Shown here: one piece after another, positions 18,584 through 26,223 of the stretch
How positions within the stretch are numbered: the first letter of the stretch is position 1
Layout of the letters: the number at the start of each line of letters is the position of its first letter
Source of the DNA: Candidatus Omnitrophica bacterium CG22_combo_CG10-13_8_21_14_all_43_16
Lineage (GTDB): Bacteria; Omnitrophota; Gorgyraeia; Gorgyraeales; Gorgyraeaceae
Length of the DNA stretch: 48,006 nucleotides
Reading direction: 5' to 3'
NCBI GenBank assembly: GCA_002771475.1
Contig: PCTH01000051.1
Span: forward strand, 1 to 48,006
Notes under the pieces: generated by a model
What the model was told of the DNA's origin: nothing
The model's input: only the letters and a program-made list of their open reading frames with translations
The model's database searches: none
Program-made: the position numbers and the translations under genes

Positions 18584-19174
18584 ATGTTTAGAAAGTGTGT
18601 TTTATTTTTAACTGTGGCGCTATGCGCCTGGTTTAGTTTTTCAGGGGTTACTTACGCGGTTCGCCTTATGACAAGAGAAGATGCCCTGAAAAAGGTTTTT
18701 GGCGAAGGCGTAGAGATTACCACTGAAACAAAGGAGCTCGCTGATCCGGAGTTATCCAAAATTTTGGAAAGGCTGGACGGGAGCCTTGTTTATTTTCAGA
18801 AAGGGTCAAAGTCAAAAGAGTTTGAGGCCCAAACCAGCGTTGAGTTCCATTTTGCTTTAAAAGACGGGCAGAAGATAGGCGTTGCTATTTTTGATGAGGA
18901 GCCCGGAAAATGGGGTCCGGTTGATTTTATTATCGGTTTAGATCTCCAGGGCGCTGTAACCAGGGTAGAGGTCTTAAGTTATGAAGAAAAAAGAGGCCAG
19001 CCTATTGCGCGCAGAAGCTATCTGAGCCAATATGACGGCAAGACCGGCGAATCCAAACTTACTGTGGGTAAGGATATTACAGGCGTGAGCGGCGCTACGA
19101 TTTCTTCGCGTTGCGCCACATTTGCCGTAAAAAAGGCTATCGTCCTTTATGAGGAACTTTACCTTAACAAATAA
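18584..19174 (+). CDS. Exported FMN-binding domain protein (flavinylation substrate, NosR/PplA-like FMN_bind)
   Basis: Signal peptide and a C-terminal FMN_bind domain with DITGVSGATISSRC, which matches the [S/T]GA[S/T] flavinylation motif. Confidence 0.7.
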   Translation: MFRKCVLFLTVALCAWFSFSGVTYAVRLMTREDALKKVFGEGVEITTETKELADPELSKILERLDGSLVYFQKGSKSKEFEAQTSVEFHFALKDGQKIGVAIFDEEPGKWGPVDFIIGLDLQGAVTRVEVLSYEEKRGQPIARRSYLSQYDGKTGESKLTVGKDITGVSGATISSRCATFAVKKAIVLYEELYLNK

Positions 19175-19194
19175 AAGGAAGGAGGCGTGCTAAG

Positions 19195-19653
19195 ATGGAA
19201 AAAATAAGGCTTTCAAAAGCGCCGATAAGCGCGAAATTATTTATAACGGCCTTGCTGTGTATAGTAGGGTTAATTTATCTTTCGCTTCTTCTGCATATCT
19301 GGCAGGATACAGAAATGAAGCCGGCATTGATTGCGAAGGCATACGGTTCGATGGAGTCTATGGAACTGGCGGATCACACGCATAAGTATCTTCCTTATTA
19401 CGCGCTTTACCTTCTTGCTTTGCCGGCTGCGCTGTTTATGTTTACCGGCTATTCGGAAAAGCTGAAAAGGATTTTTGCCGTTCTTCCGTTTCTGGTGATT
19501 ATTGTCGACATAGGGGCAATGTGGCTGATCCCTTACGCGAATCAGATATTTTTCAGCTGGGTGTTGGAATTTGCGGGTACTTTTTTAGCAATGATTTTTC
19601 TTGCTCTCTTTTTGCTGGATGTTTATGATGTCTGGCTGGGGAAAGCGGATTAA
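19195..19653 (+). CDS. Hypothetical 4-TM membrane protein
   Basis: Four hydrophobic segments and no recognisable motif. Tightly packed between the FMN-binding gene and the response regulator gene. Confidence 0.5.
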   Translation: MEKIRLSKAPISAKLFITALLCIVGLIYLSLLLHIWQDTEMKPALIAKAYGSMESMELADHTHKYLPYYALYLLALPAALFMFTGYSEKLKRIFAVLPFLVIIVDIGAMWLIPYANQIFFSWVLEFAGTFLAMIFLALFLLDVYDVWLGKAD

Positions 19654-19664
19654 GGAGGCAAGGC

Positions 19665-20054
19665 ATGGCAAGGATTTTGATTATTGACGATGACCCTGAT
19701 ATAGTTGAGGCGATGCGCGTAGTTCTGGAAAGCAGGGGCCACAAGATTGTAAGCGCCAAAAGCGGCGCAGAGGGGTTAAAAAAAGTAAAGCTGGAATCCC
19801 CGGACCTTGTGATACTTGACGTTATGATGGAGACCATGGATAAAGGTTTTGAGGTGGCCAGGGAGATTAAAAGCGACAAAGGCAGTAAGGATGTGCCTAT
19901 ACTTATGCTGACTGCTATCAAAGATAAGATAGGCATGGATTTTAAAAAAGAAGCAGGCGACGAGACATGGCTTCCGGTTGACGATTATGTGGAGAAACCC
20001 CTTAAGCCGCAAGAGTTGCTGGAAAAGGTTGAAAAATTGCTCAAAACCATATAA
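19665..20054 (+). CDS. Stand-alone response regulator receiver (CheY-like)
   Basis: ILIIDDDPD..DLVILDVMM..PILMLTA..K: REC-domain acidic pocket, phospho-Asp and conserved Thr/Lys. Confidence 0.85.
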   Translation: MARILIIDDDPDIVEAMRVVLESRGHKIVSAKSGAEGLKKVKLESPDLVILDVMMETMDKGFEVAREIKSDKGSKDVPILMLTAIKDKIGMDFKKEAGDETWLPVDDYVEKPLKPQELLEKVEKLLKTI

Positions 20055-20060
20055 CCCTGC

Positions 20061-21377
20061 ATGAAATATGAAGGCCTTTTAGAGAGAATAAACTGGCTTA
20101 TCAGATTGCGATGGATCGCGCTTACGGGCGTAATCCTCACGGTTTTCGTTGTGCAAAAAGTAGTAAGGCTTTCCCTCCCGTTTTTTCCCCTGTATCTAAT
20201 CCCTATCCTGATAGGTTTGTATAATTCGGCATTTTTTTTATACACAAGGCATATCTGGAAAAAACAGCCTGAGGATATTGAAACCAGGGCAATTGTTTTC
20301 GCCAATCTTCAGATAGGACTGGACCTCCTTAGCCTTACTGCGCTTATACATTTTTCAGGCGGCATAGAAAATCCGTTTATATTCTATTTTATCTTTCATA
20401 TGATTATTGCGAGCATCCTGCTTTCCAGGAGGGCGAGCTTTCTGCAGGCCACGTTCACTGCGTGTCTTTTTGTATCAATGGCGGGCCTGGAATATTTCAA
20501 TATCCTGGGCCATCATTGTCTGAAGGGATTTGTCGTAAACGACCTTTATATGAATAAGGTATATATACTCGGCACATCTTTTGTTTTCATCACCACCTTG
20601 TATCTGGCCGCGTATATGGCGAGTTCTATATCGGTAAAGCTCAGATTAAGGGAAAAAAGCCTGAAAGAGGCCAATCTGCTTCTTGAAGAAAAAGACAGGA
20701 TAAAAAGCGAGTATGTTTTGCGCGTGACGCATGATATAAAAGAGCACATTTCTGCCATACAGAGCTGTATCGATCCTGTGGCCGAGGGCATGCTGGGAGA
20801 ACTTAATCCCGGACAGAAAGACCTGATACGCAGGGCAGGCACCAGGACAAGTAAGCTTATATTTTTCATAAAGGCGCTATTGGAGATAACGCGCATCAAA
20901 TTGAGCAGGGATATAGAGATGAAGGATTTTTCTATTGTTAAAACTGCGGAGAACGCCATTATTCTGGTGGACCCGAGGGCAAAGGCTAAAAGCATATACA
21001 TGAGCCGCCGTATAGATGCCGGGGTGGACATTATAAAAGGCGCACAGGTTTATATTGAGGAAACGATTGCAAATCTTCTGGCAAATTCGGTGAAGTATAC
21101 TCCGAAAGGCGGAAAGGTTGAAATAACCATAGAGGATAAAGACGGCTCCGTGCTGATACGGATTAGCGATAACGGCATCGGGATACCCAAGAAAGAACTC
21201 CCGTATATCTTTAATGAATTCTACCGCGCCAGCAATGCAAAAGAATTAGAGAGAGACGGCACAGGCCTGGGCCTCTCAATGGCCAAGCAGGTTGTCGAAA
21301 GGCATAATGGAAGGATTTGGGTGGATAGCGAGGAAGGCAGGGGAAGTACCTTCAGCATCATGCTCCCTAAAAAATAG
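20061..21377 (+). CDS. Membrane sensor histidine kinase
   Basis: About six N-terminal TM helices, an H-box VTHDIKEHIS, an N-box LLANSVKYTP, and G-boxes DNGIGIP and GTGLGLS. Confidence 0.85.
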   Translation: MKYEGLLERINWLIRLRWIALTGVILTVFVVQKVVRLSLPFFPLYLIPILIGLYNSAFFLYTRHIWKKQPEDIETRAIVFANLQIGLDLLSLTALIHFSGGIENPFIFYFIFHMIIASILLSRRASFLQATFTACLFVSMAGLEYFNILGHHCLKGFVVNDLYMNKVYILGTSFVFITTLYLAAYMASSISVKLRLREKSLKEANLLLEEKDRIKSEYVLRVTHDIKEHISAIQSCIDPVAEGMLGELNPGQKDLIRRAGTRTSKLIFFIKALLEITRIKLSRDIEMKDFSIVKTAENAIILVDPRAKAKSIYMSRRIDAGVDIIKGAQVYIEETIANLLANSVKYTPKGGKVEITIEDKDGSVLIRISDNGIGIPKKELPYIFNEFYRASNAKELERDGTGLGLSMAKQVVERHNGRIWVDSEEGRGSTFSIMLPKK

Positions 21378-21436
21378 CAGGTCTTTCCTTATAATTTGCA
21401 ATACTTTCAAGGATAGGCAACACTAATAGGTATTTG

Positions 21437-21628
21437 CAGCCCTGCGCCGGCAGGCCTGAGGCACATCAGAAACGTTTCGGCATCAGTGGGTTTTACGTAT
21501 AAGCGCGCAAGGAATTACGGCGAGATTTTTATACTGTCAAGACTACCTTCAGTATAAAAAACGAGCCGTAAGCCGTAGCGCGCGGCGAAACCAGTTTCAG
21601 TGCCGAATGGCCTGTCTGCGCAGGGCTG
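21437..21628 (+). ncRNA. Copy 1 of an unassigned ~190-nt rod-like structured element (candidate ncRNA / structured repeat)
   Basis: 20-bp closing stem cagccctgcgccggcaggcc/ggcctgtctgcgcagggctg and nested helices shared with the copies at 41274 and 43069. Compensatory changes occur between copies (see findings). Confidence 0.6.
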
Positions 21629-21667
21629 ACTGTTACAATACTGTTACCTGCCTATTTAAATAATACA

Positions 21668-21696
21668 GTTGTCTATATTTTTCAGTTATGGTACAT
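21668..21696 (+). promoter_or_regulatory. Sigma70-like promoter for the UPF0016 gene
   Basis: TTGTCT, 17 nt, then TACATT. It lies between structured element copy 1 and the ATG at 21723. Confidence 0.4.
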
Positions 21697-21722
21697 TATC
21701 CTGAAAGCACAAAGGGGGAAAC

Positions 21723-21995
21723 ATGGACTGGAAAATCTTTTTAGCGACGTTTACAGCTGTATTTTTCGCGGAGATGGCGGACAAGACTCAGATGGTCGGG
21801 ATAGGCATGGCTTCGAAATCATCCAAGCCATTGACGGTATTTATCGGCTCTGTCTGCGCGTACATGGTCATCACGGCTGTTTCGGTTTTAATAGGCGCGA
21901 CTCTGGGTAAATATATAAAACCCGAGATCATAAAATACTGCGGCGCGTCTTTATTTATAATCCTCGGCGTACTGATGCTCTTCGGAAAACTATAG
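21723..21995 (+). CDS. UPF0016 (GDT1/TMEM165) family single-repeat membrane protein, putative Mn2+/Ca2+ transporter half-unit
   Basis: 90 aa with 3 TM helices and the signature E-x-A-D-K-T (FAEMADKTQ). Confidence 0.75.
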   Translation: MDWKIFLATFTAVFFAEMADKTQMVGIGMASKSSKPLTVFIGSVCAYMVITAVSVLIGATLGKYIKPEIIKYCGASLFIILGVLMLFGKL

Positions 21996-21997
21996 CC

Positions 21998-22026
21998 TTG
22001 ACTAAGGCGCCTATTATAGGTATTAT
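21998..22026 (+). promoter_or_regulatory. Strong sigma70-like promoter ~215 nt upstream of marC-like gene
   Basis: TTGACT (21998-22003), a 17-nt spacer, then TATTAT (22021-22026). Confidence 0.45.
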
Positions 22027-22239
22027 ATTTCCATCGGCATGTCGGTTAAAAATTATAATGCGGCATTAATATAGATAGAAAGAATTGCATCAATGGAAGA
22101 CAGTAAAAAGCCTCGCGGTTTTATCAGAATCAATAAAGTCAGGGCATATCTTCTAATCAAAAATATAAAAAGCCTATTGAAACAGCAGGAAAGAAAAAGA
22201 AAAAATAAATAGGCGCTAGCTACCGGAAAGAGGTAGATC

Positions 22240-22821
22240 ATGATTAAGAATGTCTTATTGGCTTTTATCCCCATCTTTGTGGCGGTTGACGCTATAGGTG
22301 TCCTGCCGCTTTTCGTAGGCCTCACAGAAAAACACAAGAAAAAAGAAAAATCCAAAATAATATTTCAGTCCATGATTACAGCTATGTGCCTGGCAGTAGG
22401 TTTTATATTTCTGGGCAAGGCTGTTTTTAATCTTATGGGCATTACTCTGGAAGATTTTATGGTAGCCGGAGGGGCTATTCTTTTTTATATTGCTGTGGCG
22501 GATATCAGAGGCCCGGGCAAAGGCAGCCAGTATGCGAATCAGGAGCTCGGAGCAGTGCCGCTCGGGACGCCGCTTATAGTAGGCCCGGCGGTTCTTACCA
22601 CATCGCTTATTATGAGAGGCGAATACGGCCTGTCTGCTACGCTTATATCAGTGCTGGTCAATATTTTATTGGCAGGCGTCATACTTTCATTTTCTGGTTT
22701 TATAATAAAGATTCTTGGGAAGGCAGGTACAAGGGCGTTGTCAAAGGTCACAAATCTTCTTTTAGCCGCAATAGCAGTTATGCTTATCCGGAAAGGCATT
22801 ATCCAGATATTCCATTTATAA
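22240..22821 (+). CDS. marC: MarC family (UPF0056) integral membrane protein
   Basis: The N-terminus LLAFIPIFVAVDAIGVLPLFVGLT is typical of MarC/NAAT family proteins. About 6 TM helices. Confidence 0.8.
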   Translation: MIKNVLLAFIPIFVAVDAIGVLPLFVGLTEKHKKKEKSKIIFQSMITAMCLAVGFIFLGKAVFNLMGITLEDFMVAGGAILFYIAVADIRGPGKGSQYANQELGAVPLGTPLIVGPAVLTTSLIMRGEYGLSATLISVLVNILLAGVILSFSGFIIKILGKAGTRALSKVTNLLLAAIAVMLIRKGIIQIFHL

Positions 22822-22837
22822 AATGCATGGAGGCAGC

Positions 22838-23560
22838 ATGGAAAGCTTAAAGTTAGAAGGCATAAAGCCTGAATTAAAGGCCGTTATCCAGCCTTATCTC
22901 ATCAAGCTTCTCGGGATACATAAAGAAAACATAATCTCGATTGTATTATACGGCAGCGCTACCGGAAAATATTTCATTCCGGGAAAATCGGATATAAATC
23001 TGGCCGTTGTATTCAAGTGTCTTGGGCTGGCGCAGCTGAAAGATTCGCTCCGGGTCATAAATTCCGGCATGTCCAAAAAGATAACGGCGCCTTTATTTTT
23101 ATCTTTGTCCCATATTGGAACATCCAAGGACACCTTCCCGATAGAGTTTATTGAGATAAAAGAAAATAATATTTTGGTCTACGGCAAAGACGTGTTCAGC
23201 GGCCTGGAGATAGACGAGGCCAACCTTAAGCTTTTCTGCAAAAAAGAAATAGAGGGAAAGCTTATAAGGATCCGCCAGGCTTATCTGGAAATAGGGCTCA
23301 GGAAAAAAGGCGTCGAGAGTCTCATGAAAGGGTCCTTGAACTCGCTCATCCCCGCGTTCAGGGCGCTCCTCAGGCAGAAATCCCCAAAGCCCCCCGTGGA
23401 CAAAGAACAGATACTCATAGAATTCTGTAATTATTACGGCCTTTCCAAAGACGTGTTTATCGCCATATTGAAGGACAAGATGAATGACGAAAAGATAAAA
23501 GGCGGGGACGTAGAGGTGTTTTTTGAGAAATATCTTAAAGAGATAGAAAAGCTTTCATGA
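22838..23560 (+). CDS. Nucleotidyltransferase-fold (Pol-beta superfamily) protein with helical C-terminal domain
   Basis: LYGSATGKYFIPGKSDINLAVVF matches hG[GS]-x(9-13)-D-x-[DE], but with Asn at the second acidic position. A GGAGG RBS precedes the ATG at 22838. Confidence 0.6.
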   Translation: MESLKLEGIKPELKAVIQPYLIKLLGIHKENIISIVLYGSATGKYFIPGKSDINLAVVFKCLGLAQLKDSLRVINSGMSKKITAPLFLSLSHIGTSKDTFPIEFIEIKENNILVYGKDVFSGLEIDEANLKLFCKKEIEGKLIRIRQAYLEIGLRKKGVESLMKGSLNSLIPAFRALLRQKSPKPPVDKEQILIEFCNYYGLSKDVFIAILKDKMNDEKIKGGDVEVFFEKYLKEIEKLS

Positions 23561-24303
23561 AAAAGATATTCATAATAGCCGCATTCTTTATTTTTACTGG
23601 CATCGGGTTCTGCGAAGAGGCGGATCTTAAAAACTATGCCGGTTATGTGAGCGATTACGCCGGTATTTTATCTTATAAAACAAAAGCGGAGCTCTCCGCG
23701 CTTTCTTCGGAAATCGAAGCCAAGACCACCAGCCAGCTGGCTGTCCTGACCATAGATACGACTGCGCCGCTCGATATAGAAACCTACGCGGTAAAGCTTT
23801 TTGAAAAATGGGGCATCGGCCAGAGAGGCAAAGATAACGGCGTCCTGATGCTCGTGGCTGTAAAAGACAGGCAGGTGAGGATAGAAGTGGGGTATGGCCT
23901 GGAGGGCGCGATACCTGACGCGCTTGCCAAAAATATAATTGAAAAGTTCATGCTCCCGTTTTTTAAAAGAGGGGATTATGACGCCGGGATTCTTCAGGGC
24001 GCTGCGGTTGTGAGCAGGCTCATAGCCGGCGAATATCATGTTGAGATCTCTGGATTGGAAAATATAAAAGTAGCCGCCCCTTCAAAAAAGCCGTCTATTT
24101 TTGACTTCTTATTTATTGTTTTTTTTATTATAATGGTAATGAGGGTTCCGCTTCTGTTGTTATTGCCGGGCTCAACCAGGCGCAGGCGTGATTATTGGTA
24201 TGGCGGCGGGGGATTCGGAGGCGGCTCAGGAGGGTTTGGAGGAGGATTCGGGGGTTTTGGAGGTGGCTTTTCCGGAGGCGGCGGCGCCTCAGGCAGTTGG
24301 TAA
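23557..24303 (+). CDS. TPM domain protein (YgcG-like) with TM segment and Gly-rich tail
   Basis: Signal peptide, a TPM region (VSDYAGILS..QLAVLTID..GVLMLVAVKDRQVRIEVGYGLEG), a TM helix, then a GGGGFGGGSGGFGGGFGG tail. Confidence 0.8.
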   Translation: MKKIFIIAAFFIFTGIGFCEEADLKNYAGYVSDYAGILSYKTKAELSALSSEIEAKTTSQLAVLTIDTTAPLDIETYAVKLFEKWGIGQRGKDNGVLMLVAVKDRQVRIEVGYGLEGAIPDALAKNIIEKFMLPFFKRGDYDAGILQGAAVVSRLIAGEYHVEISGLENIKVAAPSKKPSIFDFLFIVFFIIMVMRVPLLLLLPGSTRRRRDYWYGGGGFGGGSGGFGGGFGGFGGGFSGGGGASGSW

Positions 24304-24313
24304 TTCTAACCAC

Positions 24314-24368
24314 CTCCACCGCGTAGGTGGAGCTTCAGGTGGAGCTTCGCTCCACCTACGCGGTGGAG
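24314..24368. repeat. Perfect 20-bp inverted repeat with internal 12-nt tandem duplication (nested palindrome)
   Basis: ctccaccgcgtaggtggagc (24314-24333) is the exact reverse complement of gctccacctacgcggtggag (24349-24368). aggtggagcttc occurs twice in tandem (24325-24336 and 24337-24348). Confidence 0.7.
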
Positions 24369-24386
24369 AAAGATCAAGGGGGAAAC

Positions 24387-24953
24387 ATGAAAAAAATAGG
24401 CATGGTTTTATTGATTATCGCGGGAGTCGTAATAGTTTTCGGCGGGATGATTATCGCGGGGCTTAATAAGCCTGTGATCCTGGATGAGCAGGTAAACAGT
24501 ACCTGGGCTCAGGTAGAAAATCAGCTCCAGAGAAGGGTTGACCTGATTCCGAATCTGGTGAGCACTGTAAAAGGCTATATGGAGCACGAAAGAGGCACGT
24601 TTGAAAAAATAACAGAACTCAGGAGCCAGTGGGCAAAAGCCGCCGGCGCGCAGGAAAAGATAAAAACAGCCAATGCGATCACTGAAACGCTGTCAAAAAT
24701 TTTAATGGTCGCTGAAAATTACCCGGAGCTGAAGGCGAATGAAAATTTTCTGAACCTTCAGGCGCAGCTGGAAGGCACCGAGAACAGGATTGCGGTCGAG
24801 AGGATGAGATACAATGACGCTGTAAAAACCTTCAACGCGTACCAGAGGACCATATTCGGCAGTGTTTTCTGCGGCTTGAGAGGCCTTAGCCGGCCTAGGG
24901 TTTATTTCAAGGCAGTGGAAGGCGCGAGAGAGGCCCCGAAAGTTATTTTTTAA
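24387..24953 (+). CDS. lemA: LemA family protein
   Basis: TM anchor followed by ..VNSTWAQVENQLQRRVDLIPNLV..YPELKANENFLNLQAQLEGTENRIAVERMRYN.., a classic LemA pattern. A GGGGGA RBS precedes the ATG at 24387. Confidence 0.85.
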   Translation: MKKIGMVLLIIAGVVIVFGGMIIAGLNKPVILDEQVNSTWAQVENQLQRRVDLIPNLVSTVKGYMEHERGTFEKITELRSQWAKAAGAQEKIKTANAITETLSKILMVAENYPELKANENFLNLQAQLEGTENRIAVERMRYNDAVKTFNAYQRTIFGSVFCGLRGLSRPRVYFKAVEGAREAPKVIF

Positions 24954-26221
24954 TGAAAAAGGTACTTTTAATAAATCCATGGATATATGATTTCAGCGCT
25001 TATGACTTCGGCATAAAGCCGGTAGGGCTTTTACGCATAGGCCAGTTTCTGCGCGGTAAAGGCGCTGAGGTAAACCTGGTGGATTGCCTGGCAGGGTGCG
25101 CCAGGCGCAAAGACGAATACGGCTTTTCAAAGATACGAAAAGAAAAAGCAGAAAAGCCGGATATATTGAAAAATATAGAAAGGCCTTATTTCAGGTACGG
25201 CATATCTATTCCGGAGTTTATGGAAAAGCTATCCGCGTTTCCGGAAATAGACGAGATCTATGTGGCCAGCGGAATGACTTACTGGTATCCCGGGGCTCAT
25301 CTGGCAATAAGGCTTTTGAAAGAGCGTTTTAAAAATACGCCTGTCGCTCTAGGCGGTATTTATCCTACTATCTGCCATAAGCACGCGCGCCTCACAAGCA
25401 ATGCGGATATCATATGGAAAGGCAGCTTTCTTGATAAGGAATGTTTTTATCAGAGCGGGTTTTATCCCGCGTATGATTTATTGGAGGATAAAGAGATTCT
25501 TCCGATACAGCTTACCGCGGGCTGCCCTTTCAGGTGCACCTACTGCGCCTCCAGGATATTCGGCGCAAGATTTGAAATGAAAGACCCTGTAAGCCTGTTT
25601 GAAGAGGTAATGCATTACAACAGGGTATTCGGGACCAGGAGTTTTGTTTTTTACGACGACGCGCTTTTGTATAGAAGCGAGGAAGGCATCAAAAGATTTC
25701 TAAGGCTTATCATCGCCTCGGGCATGCAGTTCACTTTCCATACGCCTAACGGCTTGCACGCCAGGTTTATAGACGAGGAACTTGCGGATCTTTTCAGGAG
25801 GGCCAATTTCAGGGACCTGCGCATATCTCTCGAGACTTCAGACGAAAGCATCCAGCAGTTTACGGGAGGGAAGGTTACTAGTAACGACCTGAAGCTCGCC
25901 CTCAGAAACCTGAAGGAAGCCGGCTTCACGAAAAAAGACCTGGGCGTTTATATATTGATGGGCTCTAGCTATATTGATATGGAAAAGACCATGGACGATA
26001 TAATTTTTATAAATTCTCTCGGCGCGAAGGCTGTCATAGCGTCTTATTCCCCTATCCCCGGGACCCTGGACTACAAGATACTTGTTAAAAATAAAATAAT
26101 AAAAGGCAATATCGACCCTTTATGGCACAATAAATCTATCTTCTCCGAGCTCTTAATGCCGGCCTACGTCCGGAAGGCAAGGGAAATAAGGCGGTTCACG
26201 TCAAATCTGAATAAAACCTAA
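24953..26221 (+). CDS. B12-binding-domain radical SAM protein
   Basis: N-terminal Rossmann-like B12-binding-type domain (VLLINPW..KPVGLLRIG) and a radical SAM motif AGCPFRCTYCAS. Confidence 0.75.
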   Translation: MKKVLLINPWIYDFSAYDFGIKPVGLLRIGQFLRGKGAEVNLVDCLAGCARRKDEYGFSKIRKEKAEKPDILKNIERPYFRYGISIPEFMEKLSAFPEIDEIYVASGMTYWYPGAHLAIRLLKERFKNTPVALGGIYPTICHKHARLTSNADIIWKGSFLDKECFYQSGFYPAYDLLEDKEILPIQLTAGCPFRCTYCASRIFGARFEMKDPVSLFEEVMHYNRVFGTRSFVFYDDALLYRSEEGIKRFLRLIIASGMQFTFHTPNGLHARFIDEELADLFRRANFRDLRISLETSDESIQQFTGGKVTSNDLKLALRNLKEAGFTKKDLGVYILMGSSYIDMEKTMDDIIFINSLGAKAVIASYSPIPGTLDYKILVKNKIIKGNIDPLWHNKSIFSELLMPAYVRKAREIRRFTSNLNKT

Positions 26222-26223
26222 AA

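Noticed and set aside
21437-21628. Structured element interpreted as 6S RNA, an integron attC site or a canonical kink-turn RNA.
   Set aside because: 6S RNA is single-copy with a large central bubble, which is not seen here. attC sites are shorter, conserve only the R/L boxes (GTTRRRY), and need an integrase; none is present, and the internal sequence here is conserved. The UGA/GAAY and GA/GA loops are tandem sheared G.A motifs but lack the 3-nt bulge geometry of a canonical K-turn.
21629-21722. Possible yybP-ykoY (Mn2+) riboswitch upstream of the UPF0016 gene.
   Set aside because: UPF0016 genes are often controlled by that riboswitch, but I find neither its conserved GGGGAGUAG-type loops nor room for it. 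The predicted promoter leaves a leader of only ~25 nt.
22093-22212. 39-codon basic small ORF (MEDSKKPRGFIRINKVRAYLLIKNIKSLLKQQERKRKNK) in the marC leader.
   Set aside because: It has no convincing RBS, a low-complexity Lys/Arg tail typical of A-rich non-coding sequence, and cannot be supported from this window alone.
24128-24466. ORFs 24188-24466 (+) and 24128-24319 (-) overlapping the Gly-rich tail of the TPM gene and the palindrome.
   Set aside because: They are alternative-frame artefacts of the GGN-repeat and palindromic sequence, with no independent support.
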